From Myxococcota bacterium (GTDB taxonomy: Bacteria; Myxococcota_A; UBA9160; UBA4427): a stretch of DNA of 64,000 bases. Every line of letters starts with the position of its first letter. Positions within the stretch are counted from its first letter, which is position 1. This document shows, piece after piece, positions 1-9,919 of the stretch. The translations under genes were made by a program, and so were the position numbers. The stretch is from NCBI GenBank assembly GCA_965250285.1, contig OZ252299.1:3200001-3264000 (forward strand), written 5' to 3'. Under the pieces are notes generated by a model. It searched no databases and had not been told where the DNA came from. It saw only the letters and a program-made list of their open reading frames with translations.

Positions 1-436
1 CGTCTTCGATGAGCGGGGCCGAATGCTCCTGCAACGTCGCGCATCCGTGAAGTATCACTTCCCGCTGCTGTGGACGAACGCGTGCTGCGGGCACCCTCGT
101 CCGGGCGAAGACGTGAAGGTCGCGGCGCGGCGACGAGTCGGTGAGGAGCTCGGCGTCGACGTCGAGGTCGCCCCTCGCTTCACGTTCGAGTATCAGGCGA
201 CTGACCCTGCGACGCGTCTATCCGAACACGAGATCGACCACGTCTTCGTGGGTCGGCTGCGCGGGTCGCCAGACCCCAACCCGGACGAGGTCGATGCCTT
301 GGCCTGGTGGCCGATCGGCGATCTGTTGACCGACGTCGATGTTCGACCGCACGCGTATACGCCATGGTTCCGACGGGCACTCGAGGAGATGCGCACGAGA
401 GACATCATCGACCCGAGCGCGTTGATCGAGCTCTAG
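1..436 (+). CDS. idi: Isopentenyl-diphosphate delta-isomerase type 1 (Nudix fold), 5' end outside window
   Basis: Motifs LLQRRA..KYHFP.LWTNACCGHP, RR..EELG, EHEIDHVF and YTPWF; reading frame open to the window edge. Confidence 0.92.
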   Translation, partial: VFDERGRMLLQRRASVKYHFPLLWTNACCGHPRPGEDVKVAARRRVGEELGVDVEVAPRFTFEYQATDPATRLSEHEIDHVFVGRLRGSPDPNPDEVDALAWWPIGDLLTDVDVRPHAYTPWFRRALEEMRTRDIIDPSALIEL

Positions 437-1092
437 GTCTCTGCGTTCGACGCATCGTTGCGCTTCATGGCTTCGTCGTAGCTCGGGCGCGCCGCCACGC
501 GCCCGCGATAGCTCTGCAGCGCGTCGGAGACCTTCATGTCGTAGCCCAGGGCCCAGTCGAGGCACGTCACGAGCAGGATGTCGGGGACTCCGAACTCGTC
601 TCCCATGACGAACGATCGCCCGTCGGAGAGCCAGCGCTCTGCCTCGGTGAACCCCCGCTGGACATAGTTCTTTGCCGCATCGCACGCCACGGGCGCCTCA
701 CCGTAGGTCTCTGACAGCCCAAGCGGCGGCTGGGCGTGCATCCGCACCGTGTACAGCCGCGCGTCGATCTCGGTCATGATGTAGAAGACGTGGTCGTAGA
801 AGTCGGCGAGCTCGGCCGAACCGTGCTCGGGCATGCGCAGCCCCTGATCTCCGCCGTGCCGATTGGCGAGGTAGCAGCAAATGCCGGCGCTCTCGCCGAT
901 CTTGACGCGATCGTCCTCGTAGAAGGGGACCTTGTGGCGCGGACTCACGGCCAGCAGGCCGGAGTTTTCGATGCCACCGCCTCGTGGCAGGATCTTCTTG
1001 TGCTCGTAGTCGAGTCCGAGCTCGATGAGTGCCCACTGCGGACGGACCGTCCGCGACGTGCCAATGCCCCAGACCGTTCTCGGCGAGCTCAT
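433..1092 (-). CDS. Glutathione S-transferase family protein
   Basis: SRT.RP.WAL.ELGLDYE, P.HKVP and ESAGICCYL in the N-domain; F.MGDEFG.PDI and R..ARPSY in the C-domain; GGAG RBS upstream. Confidence 0.9.
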   Translation of the reverse strand: MSSPRTVWGIGTSRTVRPQWALIELGLDYEHKKILPRGGGIENSGLLAVSPRHKVPFYEDDRVKIGESAGICCYLANRHGGDQGLRMPEHGSAELADFYDHVFYIMTEIDARLYTVRMHAQPPLGLSETYGEAPVACDAAKNYVQRGFTEAERWLSDGRSFVMGDEFGVPDILLVTCLDWALGYDMKVSDALQSYRGRVAARPSYDEAMKRNDASNAET

Positions 1093-1253
1093 GGTGTTCT
1101 CCGTTGTGTGATGTGCGATTGAGTGGCGACTCCGAGTCGCGCGGCGTGTCGCAACCGGACAGGCCCAGTGAACCAGCGTAGTTCTCAGCGTCCGAGCAAC
1201 CCTCTCCGGTTGTTGGGGATTTATGTGGGAGTCGGCGTGCGGGGGATGGCCAT

Positions 1254-1475
1254 CTACCCGGTCATCGTGACCTCGACGATCGGAAGGTTGAGGTCGTGCA
1301 GAGCGGTCAGCACGCCGATCAGCTGAGCCTGGTCCTCGATCTCGCCCGAGAGGATCGAGGTTGGTGCGTCATCGTCCCTCGTTGCGCTCTGGATCTGCAA
1401 GCCAGCTACACGCGCACTCATCTCGGGGTCGACCCATCCGTCGACCACGGTCCGGAAGTGACCGGGCGTCCACAT
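1254..1475 (-). CDS. Small hypothetical protein of the type often found beside MalT-like LuxR regulators
   Basis: About 73 aa from ATG 1475; motif LSGEIEDQAQLIGVLTALHDLNLPIVEV; divergent from the LuxR gene. Confidence 0.6.
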   Translation of the reverse strand: MWTPGHFRTVVDGWVDPEMSARVAGLQIQSATRDDDAPTSILSGEIEDQAQLIGVLTALHDLNLPIVEVTMTG

Positions 1476-1975
1476 TCGTCGTCGCCCGCGCTCCAAGCCC
1501 TCTCCTCACCCAACGTGCATTGGGCGCCTCGAGCCCCGTCGACTCGAGTGACGAGCGGTCACGCTAACCACCGACTCACGCGCCGCCCTCTCCCCAAACC
1601 GGACAATCTCGGTTTACCTGCCCCACGCGGCGCGTGACTGCATCGCGCGTTCTCGATCTTCTGACGCGCGTTCGCGGGGCGTGGCTCCCGAAGCCGGATC
1701 TGGACAGAACGGATCGCCGTGCGCGGGGGCGACACGGGCCATTCCCTGCCTCGATGGGCGCCCGGGCGACTCTGCGAGACGGCAAGACGCGCTCCTTCAT
1801 CTGATTCTGATTGTCGCCTCGGACTCGCGATCTAGAATGTGTCGCCCGCGGGCGCGGGTCGACGGACGCCCTCGAGCTGGGTGTCTCGCCCTAGCGGGAT
1901 GGGGCGAGACGGCCTCACAGGTGCGAGCCCACTCGACTCGCAGAGTGCGGTCCGCGATCGCCGAGAAGGAACGCA

Positions 1976-4684
1976 TTGAATCCGGATGTTCTGAAATCCA
2001 AGCTCAACCGTCCGTATGTCGGTCGCGAGCACACGGTCCGGGAGCGGCTCTGGCATCAGCTCGACGGCGCCGCGACCGCCCCGTTCGTGCTCGTGTCGGC
2101 CCCCGCCGGGTTCGGCAAGACGACCCTGGTCAGCAGCTGGCTCGACACGCGCGGAGAACGCTTCGCCTGGCTCTCGGTCGATGCGGGTGATGACGACCTC
2201 CGGACTTTCCTCCGCTATCTGCTTGCCGCGGTGCGCACCGTCGCGCCCGATACAGCCCGGCGAACCGGCGTGTTGTTGCAGGAGCCTGCCCTCCCCCCGG
2301 TGGCCGAGCTGAGCGCAGCGCTCAGCAACGACCTCGACGAGCTGGAGATGCCATTCCACCTGGCGCTCGACGACTACCATCACATCAAGGCGAGCGAGGT
2401 GCACGAGCTCGTCTCGTCGCTCGTCATGCGCCCCCCTCGAACACTGCGGCTGATACTCCTCGCGCGCCATGACCCTCCCCTGCCGCTGGAGACGCTCCGA
2501 GCTCAGAACAGAATCGCGGAAGTCCGTGCCCAACAGCTTCGGTTCACGCGAGAAGAAGCTGCGGACATGGTCGCCACACTGTCGGGGACAGTCCCCGGAG
2601 ATCGAGCCCTCGACAACCTCGAGGTGCAGAACGACGGCTGGGCCGTTGGGCTGCAACTGATCTCGCTGGCGGCTCGGGAGCGAAAGGATGTCGATGCGTA
2701 CCTGCGTGATCTGCAGGTGGGGCCACGTACGACCCGGGACTATCTGGCTCGTGAGGTGCTCGACGCTCAGCCGCCGCAGTTGCAGGCGTGGCTCCTCAGG
2801 ATCTCGATTCTGGACCGCTTCTGCGCCCCGTTGTGCGAGACCCTCAAGCCCACAGCCGACGGAGAGCCAGACGATGGATCGGACTTCCTCGCGCTCTCGG
2901 GAGCGGACTTCGTCGCTGAGTTGGAGCATCGCGGCCTCTTCGTGATCGCACTCGACGACCAGAACGAGTGGTTTCGGTTTCACCACGTGTTCCGCGATCT
3001 ACTCAGCAGCGAGCTGAACGGACGAGAATCTCCGGGCGGTGTTCTAGACCTCCACAGCAGCGCCAGCGCGTGGTTCGCCGAGCACGACTTCGTCGAAGAG
3101 GCATTGGATCACGCGTGTACGGCAGGCGACATGGATTCGGCGACTTCGATCGTCGCCGAACGTCGTCACGTAGCGACGGGCCTCGAAGACTGGCACCGCC
3201 TGAACGCATGGCTCGAGCGACTCCCGCCCGCGGACCTCGAAGCCGATCCGAGACTCGTTCTGGCCCGAGCCTGGTTCGCGTCGTTTTGCGCTCAGTTCGA
3301 TCTCATGATCGAGTACATGGTCAAGGCAAGCGGCTTCGAGCTCGACAGCCGCCCGGACGGTCCGAGCCTCGAAGGAGAGATTCGGGCGCTGGAGGCCTCG
3401 ATGTACTTCATCGGCCTCGATGCGCCAGGCGTCATTCGCAGCGCAGAGCGGGCGCTCGAGCTACTGCCCCTCGACTTCGAATGCGTGCGGGGCTACGCCA
3501 TATTCCTGCTCTCCTGGGGCTACAGTGCGAGCGGACGCGGTCGCGAGGCGCGTGAAGCCCTCTGGCGTGAGATGGATGCGGGACGGAATGCGGGGCCCGC
3601 GTTCCGCGGGCGCGTTCGCGGCGGCCTGGCCCACGTGTTGCTGCGAGAGGGAGATCTCGCCGGCAGCCTGACCGCCGCCCGCCAGCTGTTCGAGATTGGC
3701 GAGGAGCATGACCTCCTCGAGACCGTCATCATGGCGCGGTCTTTCATGGCGTGGGCACACTACCTCCGCGACGAGCTCGAAGAAGCGGAGGCGCACTTCA
3801 AAGCGATCCTCCTGACCAGACGCTCGGCCATTCATATCGGCCACGTGGAGGGACACATCGGGCTGGCGCTATGCATGCAAGCTCGAGGGCACTACGAGAA
3901 GGCTCGACAGTGGGCCCAGGAGATGACCGCCCTGGGCATCGCGCGGGATCAGCCCATGTGGATCGAAGAAGGACGCATCTACGAAGCAGAGATCGCGCTG
4001 CGTCAGGGCGGGGTCGACGAAGCGAAGACCCTGGTCGAGCACCACCAGGCACTTCAGCCGCGTTGGGGATTCATGTACGAGCCCCAGCTCACTCGCCCGC
4101 GACTGTGGCTCGCCGAGGGCACACCTGCGTCTCTCGAACGGGCGAAGGCGGAGCTCGCGCCGATCCGCGAACGCTTCGAGGCATCGAACGATCGGATGCG
4201 CCTGGCCGAAGTGCTGGCCGTGGAGGCCCTGGTCGAGGATGCGCTCGGCCATGCGGAGATCGCGCGCGATCGCCTGTCGATGGCGCTTCCGCTCACGCGG
4301 CAGGGGGGAGCCATACGGCCCTACCTCGACCGCGGGCCTTCGATGGCATCGTTGCTGCGAAAGGTCGAGCTGCCACCCGAAGAGTCGGAGCAGGTCGACC
4401 GGATTCTCCAGGCTCTGGGAAGCACGACGGCGACCGAACGATCGACTTTGCAAACGGAGCGCCCGAGCGGCGAAGAGCTCGTGGAGCCTTTGACCAACCG
4501 CGAGCTCGATGTTCTCGAGCTACTCGACGAGCGCTTCCGAGACAAGGAGATCGCGGAGAGGCTGTCGATCGCACCGGGGACCGTGCGATCCCACCTCAAG
4601 TCGGCCTACCGCAAGCTGGACGTGAACGGTCGGCGGAGCGCCGTCGAGCGAGCGCGCGAGCTGGGGATCTTGAAGAAGAACTGA
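1976..4684 (+). CDS. MalT-like (STAND ATPase-TPR-LuxR HTH) transcriptional regulator
   Basis: Walker A APAGFGKTT, Walker B LALDDYHHI, GWAVGLQL, WFRFHHVFRDLL; C-terminal LuxR HTH LTNRELDVL..KEIAERLSIAPGTVRSHLKSAYRKL. Confidence 0.93.
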   Translation: MNPDVLKSKLNRPYVGREHTVRERLWHQLDGAATAPFVLVSAPAGFGKTTLVSSWLDTRGERFAWLSVDAGDDDLRTFLRYLLAAVRTVAPDTARRTGVLLQEPALPPVAELSAALSNDLDELEMPFHLALDDYHHIKASEVHELVSSLVMRPPRTLRLILLARHDPPLPLETLRAQNRIAEVRAQQLRFTREEAADMVATLSGTVPGDRALDNLEVQNDGWAVGLQLISLAARERKDVDAYLRDLQVGPRTTRDYLAREVLDAQPPQLQAWLLRISILDRFCAPLCETLKPTADGEPDDGSDFLALSGADFVAELEHRGLFVIALDDQNEWFRFHHVFRDLLSSELNGRESPGGVLDLHSSASAWFAEHDFVEEALDHACTAGDMDSATSIVAERRHVATGLEDWHRLNAWLERLPPADLEADPRLVLARAWFASFCAQFDLMIEYMVKASGFELDSRPDGPSLEGEIRALEASMYFIGLDAPGVIRSAERALELLPLDFECVRGYAIFLLSWGYSASGRGREAREALWREMDAGRNAGPAFRGRVRGGLAHVLLREGDLAGSLTAARQLFEIGEEHDLLETVIMARSFMAWAHYLRDELEEAEAHFKAILLTRRSAIHIGHVEGHIGLALCMQARGHYEKARQWAQEMTALGIARDQPMWIEEGRIYEAEIALRQGGVDEAKTLVEHHQALQPRWGFMYEPQLTRPRLWLAEGTPASLERAKAELAPIRERFEASNDRMRLAEVLAVEALVEDALGHAEIARDRLSMALPLTRQGGAIRPYLDRGPSMASLLRKVELPPEESEQVDRILQALGSTTATERSTLQTERPSGEELVEPLTNRELDVLELLDERFRDKEIAERLSIAPGTVRSHLKSAYRKLDVNGRRSAVERARELGILKKN

Positions 4685-4797
4685 GCGCACCGGCGGGGGC
4701 GGCAAGCGCCGCAGCTGACGGTCATCGCGATCGCCTGCGAGGCGCAGCCCGACCTCGACGTCCCGTGGCTCGGCGGGGAGGCCACATCGGCAAGCGT

Positions 4798-5676
4798 GTG
4801 CTGAGACGGGCTGAAAGGCACTTTGTCCTTCATCGTCGCGATGGAGTTCGTGATGGCGACCGTGAGCAGCGCGCCCACGTCCGGGCCCGACGGATCGTCC
4901 CGACGAGAGCGGGGGCGCAAGGCCTCGCCTACCTCTGGGCACTGCTCGGGTGCCTCTCGGGTGCATGCGCGCTCGAGCCTCCGGGTGAACCCACGCTCGG
5001 CCTGTTCGGCAACGCCGACCCCCGCGTCTTCTACGGGCGCGAGATCGCCGAGCCTCTGATCGCGCTCACGATCGACGACGCGCCCGATCGCGAGTCGACG
5101 CCGCGCATCCTCGACGCGCTCCGCGCGCACGATGCCCGCGCGACCTTCTTCGTCATCGGTGATCAGGTACCCGGCAACGAGATGCTCCTTCGACGGATCG
5201 TCCGGGACGGGCACGAGATCGGCAATCACATGGCGAGCGACGTCAAGAGCGTCGATCTCGACCCGAGCGAGTTCGAACGGCGGCTGGTGCACACGCAAAG
5301 AGAGCTCTCACGCTTCGCGCCGGTGCGCTGGTTTCGCCCCGGCTCCGGCTACTACAGCACCGAGATGCTCGACATCCTCGACCGCCACGATCTGCAGTGC
5401 GCCCTCGGCAAGGTGTACCCGCTCGACGCACAGCTACGTTGGGGCTGGCTCGTCAGATCCTGGATCGGCTGGCGCAAGAGGCCAGGCGCCGTCGTCATTC
5501 TGCATGATCGAGGTTCCCGGGGCCTACGCACGGCGGCCACCTTGGAGCGTGTGCTGCCCCGTCTTCGGGAGGCCGGCTATCGCGCCGTCACACTCAGCGA
5601 ACTGGCCGACTGGTCCGGAGCTGAGCCCCCCGCTTGGGACGCCGGCGTCGCCCCCCACCCAACGCACGGCGGCTAG
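4798..5676 (+). CDS. Polysaccharide deacetylase (CE4/NodB family); start uncertain
   Basis: IALTIDDAP, ATFFVIG, GHEIGNH, WFRPGSG, GAVVILHD; hydrophobic Cys-containing segment before the domain; nearest in-frame start is GTG 4798. Confidence 0.85.
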   Translation: MLRRAERHFVLHRRDGVRDGDREQRAHVRARRIVPTRAGAQGLAYLWALLGCLSGACALEPPGEPTLGLFGNADPRVFYGREIAEPLIALTIDDAPDRESTPRILDALRAHDARATFFVIGDQVPGNEMLLRRIVRDGHEIGNHMASDVKSVDLDPSEFERRLVHTQRELSRFAPVRWFRPGSGYYSTEMLDILDRHDLQCALGKVYPLDAQLRWGWLVRSWIGWRKRPGAVVILHDRGSRGLRTAATLERVLPRLREAGYRAVTLSELADWSGAEPPAWDAGVAPHPTHGG

Positions 5677-5682
5677 ACGGGC

Positions 5683-7053
5683 TCAGTTCATCGTCGACGA
5701 TGACTCTTCCTCGCGGAGCTCCCGCCTGCGTCGATCCCAGGCTTCGCTCGACTCTCTCAGCATCTCCCGACGAAGCCCCTCGATCTCGCGAAATCTCTCG
5801 GCGGCATCGATGGTGCGATTTCGGGCATTCTCGATGTACTCGTAGTAGATGCCTCGATCTTCGAGAAAGCGTTTGCTCCGGACGGCGTCCGTCCAGCTCT
5901 TGGCTTCCTCGCGACCCTCGAGGATCTCGTCGTATCTCGTCACGAAGTAGCGGAGATTGGCGTCGATCCGGAGGTAACGACCATCGGCGAGCAGCTTCTG
6001 AGCATGCTTCCGCGTGCCATTGCTGAACCAGCCACCGAGCACGAACATGCGCTGCTTCGTGTCGTAGAGCGAGTTGATCTGAAGAACCGGGAGCGTGACG
6101 AGCAGCGCGCCAGGCACGGCAGGCAGCCACTGATGCTCGGTCAGGCCCTTCCAGCGTAGGTCGTCTCGCTGGATCTTCGGAAAGTCCTCGATCGGGTACT
6201 CGTTCGACAGCATCGCGAGATCGATGACGGTGTTGGCGGGCACGGCCAGATTGAAGAACTGACGGAGCTTCGTCGCGCGCACCGACTTCGGCTTCCACAC
6301 CCCCGCTGCGGCGAGCGCGTTGTGTAGCGTGTGGACGCAGTTGTCCGAGAGCCCGTTCCAGTCGTAGTCGGCCTCGCCGTTGTAATATTCTTCGTTGAGG
6401 CCGTTCAGGTAGTCCATCGCCGCAACGAGCATCTCCTCGCGGAGCGGCAGTCGCGCGCAGTAGGCTGTCCGCCCGAATCGAACCGCGAAATCGGTTCCAA
6501 TGCCGTCGGTGCGCACGAACTCTTCGAGCGAGGGCGCTTCGGAGGCATCACGGATCGGGCGCAGCTCGATGCCGTCATAGAGCCCGAGATCGACCGCGCG
6601 CTGCACCGCCTGATCGAAGCGCTCCTGGTCGAGCATCTCGAACGTCTCGACACCGCCATTGAAGAAGAGGAAGCGAGTCGGGGTCGCCACCCAGTTGGCG
6701 TTCTTGAACCAGCGATTCACGCTCACGCCCGCGCCGTGCTCCGGATCTCGTGTGTCGCCGGTTGCGTACCTGCAGCGACGAAGCCTCGGGTAGTCGGCTG
6801 TCTCATCGACGCAGGCGCCCTTGATGTACATGGCCGCGTGCCCGGGCGATCCGCCCATGACTCCGTCCCTCGGCCGGTATTGCGTGACGGCACACAGCTC
6901 GACGTAGTGGTCGACGATCTCCTCGTAGATCGCGTCGGGCTCACTGAGCGGCGCGATCGCCTCCCGCGGACCGCGGAAGAGTTCCCCCACCGCGCAGCCG
7001 AGCGACTGAGAGACGAGACAGACAGCGACGAGCAGAAGGATGCGAGCTTGCAT
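5683..7053 (-). CDS. Hypothetical lipoprotein, possibly a permuted papain-like (His...Asn-Cys) enzyme
   Basis: Signal MQARILLLVAVCLVSQSLGC with lipobox; GHAAMY and YDWNGLSDNCVH motifs; charged helical C-terminus. Confidence 0.65.
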   Translation of the reverse strand: MQARILLLVAVCLVSQSLGCAVGELFRGPREAIAPLSEPDAIYEEIVDHYVELCAVTQYRPRDGVMGGSPGHAAMYIKGACVDETADYPRLRRCRYATGDTRDPEHGAGVSVNRWFKNANWVATPTRFLFFNGGVETFEMLDQERFDQAVQRAVDLGLYDGIELRPIRDASEAPSLEEFVRTDGIGTDFAVRFGRTAYCARLPLREEMLVAAMDYLNGLNEEYYNGEADYDWNGLSDNCVHTLHNALAAAGVWKPKSVRATKLRQFFNLAVPANTVIDLAMLSNEYPIEDFPKIQRDDLRWKGLTEHQWLPAVPGALLVTLPVLQINSLYDTKQRMFVLGGWFSNGTRKHAQKLLADGRYLRIDANLRYFVTRYDEILEGREEAKSWTDAVRSKRFLEDRGIYYEYIENARNRTIDAAERFREIEGLRREMLRESSEAWDRRRRELREEESSSTMN

Positions 7054-7295
7054 CGGCAGAATGGTCTCCGGTTTCGAAATGTTCTCGAGGCTGACCGTAG
7101 AGGTCGACCCATACCGCGCCTTCCCGAGTGCGCGTCGTAGTCGGGGTTGCCGCATGAGAGGACGGTTGCGACACGGCCTCATGCTCGACTGAAGATCCTG
7201 ATGACTCGGCGCTCGTCGCTGCCTCACGTCACGTGCGGGCGGCGTGAGATCGAGCGTCGACCATCACGCAAGCAGCGGATGATCGGACGCCCAGC

Positions 7296-7903
7296 TCAGT
7301 TTCTCCGATCGAGGTAACCAGCGGGGAGCTCACTCGGAGCACAGTTGATGACTTCGTCGTTGTCGCGTCCTCGATCCTCCATGAAGGTGATCTCGGCGTA
7401 GTCCCAGTTCACGAACATGGGGAGCACGGGACCCTTGTCGCGGTGTTCCCGCATCGCGGGAAGGTGCTCGTTCTGGTGGACGGTCGTGACCTCCGGATTC
7501 TTGGTGATCCATTGCGCCATCGTGAAGAACCCGTGAATGAACCGCTTTGCGAAGTTGAAGTTGAGCACGCAGATGGATCCGGTCGGTTCGCACCACGCAA
7601 CCTTGTAGTTGCCGTCCCCCAGATTGGTCGTCAGCAGTCGCTGGTGCGTCGTCCATCGCTCCGCAACCAGCCCGCTCGAGATGCGGTAGTCGCCGAGCTT
7701 CTCGTTCCGGAAGTAGAACTCGTAGTGCCATCCGTTCGCGCATGTGTAGATGATGTGTTCCCCACGATCTCGCTCAGATCATTCGCTTCGGGCGGCTCGG
7801 TCTTGACCGGCTGCTGGGGATCCGTGTTGTCCTGCCAGTCGCAAACGGGGTTGTCGGTGGGCTGCCAGCTCGAGTAGTCCGTGACGATCACCTTGTCGGC
7901 CAT
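7296..7903 (-). pseudogene. Phenolic acid decarboxylase (PadC-like), split by a 1-nt frameshift at about 7760-7763
   Basis: Frame A gives MADKV...DLSEIVG. The shifted frame continues EHIIYTCANGWHYEFYFRN..DYRISSGLVAERW..YKVAWCEPTGS..QWITKNPEVTTVHQNEH..AEITF..DNDEVINCAP, colinear with PadC. Confidence 0.85.
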
Positions 7904-8432
7904 GCTCTTTCTCTCCTTGGGCGAGGCTTGCCTCGTCTTCCATCTGAGCGCCGTTGTCCTCGCTACGACTGTGGCAGCGCACCGAGTAGGGGCGGCGACG
8001 GCAGTGGGCTCCAGATGCCCACCCGCGGCTCAGCTCCAATCTATGGGGCCCGCGAGTAATCAAGTTAGAGAGGACCGATCGCAGGAGACTCTCTCACTTT
8101 GAGGGGTTTTTCGGAGGGTCGGCGCCCTCGTGGATGCTCACGCAGCTTCGAAGCCGAGCGTTGGCGAGGCGCTACTCCGCGCCTGACGCACCCTTCGCGA
8201 ATCGATCCAGCTCGAGCGCGAGAATCGAACAAGTGGAAGAGACCACCTGGTGAGGTGGCGCCACACATCCGAGTGGGGCAGCCAGCGGCTACGCGAGGCC
8301 GACGCCGAATCAGCTGCTGGAGGCCTCAACGCCTCGGGTCCCCGCGCGGAGTGATCGGATCCGGAACGAGACACGGGCCTGACGCTGCTCCTCCGCACCG
8401 ACCGACCGATCAAGCTGACGGGCCCGATGACG

Positions 8433-8455
8433 TGAAGCACGAGACCAGACTCGAA
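8433..8455 (-). repeat. Degenerate copy of the tRNA-Gly 3' end (att-like site)
   Basis: tgaagcacgagaccagactcgaa versus tRNA tggagcacgagaccagattcgaa, 21/23 identical. Confidence 0.75.
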
Positions 8456-8605
8456 GGGGCGTTATTGCCGCAGGCGTCGTCGAAACACGCAGTCGCGCCA
8501 TCCACGAGACGGCACAGGCGGAGAGGCCCCGTAGTGTGGCAGTTGCCGAAGCTTGATCATCTTCCTCGTGACAGCCGCCCGAACCTTCGCAGGCTGCGGA
8601 ACTCT

Positions 8606-9280
8606 TCACTTGGAATCAGAACGGTCGGAGTAGCCATCCCTGATGCGGTGCAGCAGCGGAGCGAGCAATGGGAAGGCCATCCACACGAACGGGGCGCGGC
8701 GTGGTGCGGCCCATCCAGCCAGGCACGCGACAACGGTGATCACGAGCATCAGAATCGTCGACGACCGCGGCGAGGTGACCGCGCGGTTGGTCAGGGCCTG
8801 TTGGACGAAAAAAGAGCGTTCGACGCTCCACATGCGGTCCAGGGCGATTCCGCCCATGATCAGCGTCAGGGAGAACACGACCACGGACCACGGATTGTTG
8901 CGGTGCTCCGCGATCAATGCGGTGGTGAAAGGAATGACGGACACAGCGGCCAGGAAGGCGAAGTTCCAACCCATGAATGCCCTCGACCGGTGACCACCCC
9001 CTACGAGCAGTGCGTGCTGGACGATCCACAGTCGCGCCAGGATCGCGAAGCTCAAGACCCAGGCCAGGAAGTGAGGAAGCTGCCTCAACAGCGCGCGTTC
9101 GGTGAACTCGCCGGTCGCTTCAGGCTCGAGGTTCAGGGGATCGAGGGCGGGCAACTTCAGATCGAGCACGAGAAGGGTCAGCGCAATGGCGAAGACCCCA
9201 TCGCTCAACGCGGCAAGGCGAGACGAGTCGAACCGAGCCTGCCTCATCCCCTGATCGCCATATGGAACCCCTCCATCCAT
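8606..9280 (-). CDS. TMEM175-family (DUF1211) potassium channel
   Basis: Signature RLAALSDGVFAIALTLLVLDL, SF...W..QH and N..FL...S.IPFTT; about 6 hydrophobic helices; start may be the second Met. Confidence 0.88.
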   Translation of the reverse strand: MDGGVPYGDQGMRQARFDSSRLAALSDGVFAIALTLLVLDLKLPALDPLNLEPEATGEFTERALLRQLPHFLAWVLSFAILARLWIVQHALLVGGGHRSRAFMGWNFAFLAAVSVIPFTTALIAEHRNNPWSVVVFSLTLIMGGIALDRMWSVERSFFVQQALTNRAVTSPRSSTILMLVITVVACLAGWAAPRRAPFVWMAFPLLAPLLHRIRDGYSDRSDSK

Positions 9281-9416
9281 CGAAGGCTAGCTTGCCGTTG
9301 ACGTCTTAATCAGGCGGCCCCCTGACTGCGCGGGGGTGGTCGTGGATCGCGTGGTGCGGCTATGTGAAGAGAGCCGCTCCGGAAAGCTAAAGGCCTGGCG
9401 GGGTGACTTCTTGACA

Positions 9417-9919
9417 TGGAGCACGAGATCAGATTCGAACTGGCGTTCCCTTCGCGACGGCGCGCGGGGCTGGCGCGCGAACTGGCATCCCCTTCGCACA
9501 CTGGGCGCGCCCTTTCGGGCACACCCAGCGCGCTCATACGATCTGCTCGCTCATCGCTCGCAGATCGCCCTCAAGTTGGCATGCCTTGAGCGCACGAGCC
9601 TCTAGCCCGAAACCGGCTTCGAGCTCTGGATACAAAAACGGCCCGCCCCACTACGTGGGACGAGCCGATTTTGTATGGAGCACGAGACCAGATTCGAACT
9701 GGCATTCCCTTCGCACATCAGTCCGCCGCTTCGCGGCGAACCGATGCGCTCATACGATCTGCTCGCTCATCGCTCGCAGATCGCCCTCAAGTTGGCATGC
9801 CTTAAGCGCACGGGCCTCTAGCCCGAAACCGGCTTCGAGCTCTGGATACAAAAACGGCCCGCCCCACTACGTGGGACGAGCCGATTTTGTATGGAGCACG
9901 AGACCAGATTCGAACTGGC
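9417..9919 (-). repeat. tRNA-linked tandem repeat (216-bp period) carrying the tRNA 3' end and terminator
   Basis: 9530-9703 matches 9746-9919 with 2 mismatches; the last 28 nt of the tRNA recur at 9676-9703 (exact) and 9417-9444 (1 mismatch). Confidence 0.92.
9847..9891 (-). terminator. Intrinsic terminator immediately after tRNA-Gly (second copy at 9631-9675)
   Basis: On the minus strand, a GC-rich hairpin cggctcgtcccac-gta-gtggggcgggccg followed by ttttt. Confidence 0.75.

Noticed and set aside
7755..7766. Programmed -1 ribosomal frameshift in the PadC-like gene
   Set aside because: G_GGG_AAC is not a canonical X_XXY_YYZ slippery site; a homopolymer indel is simpler.
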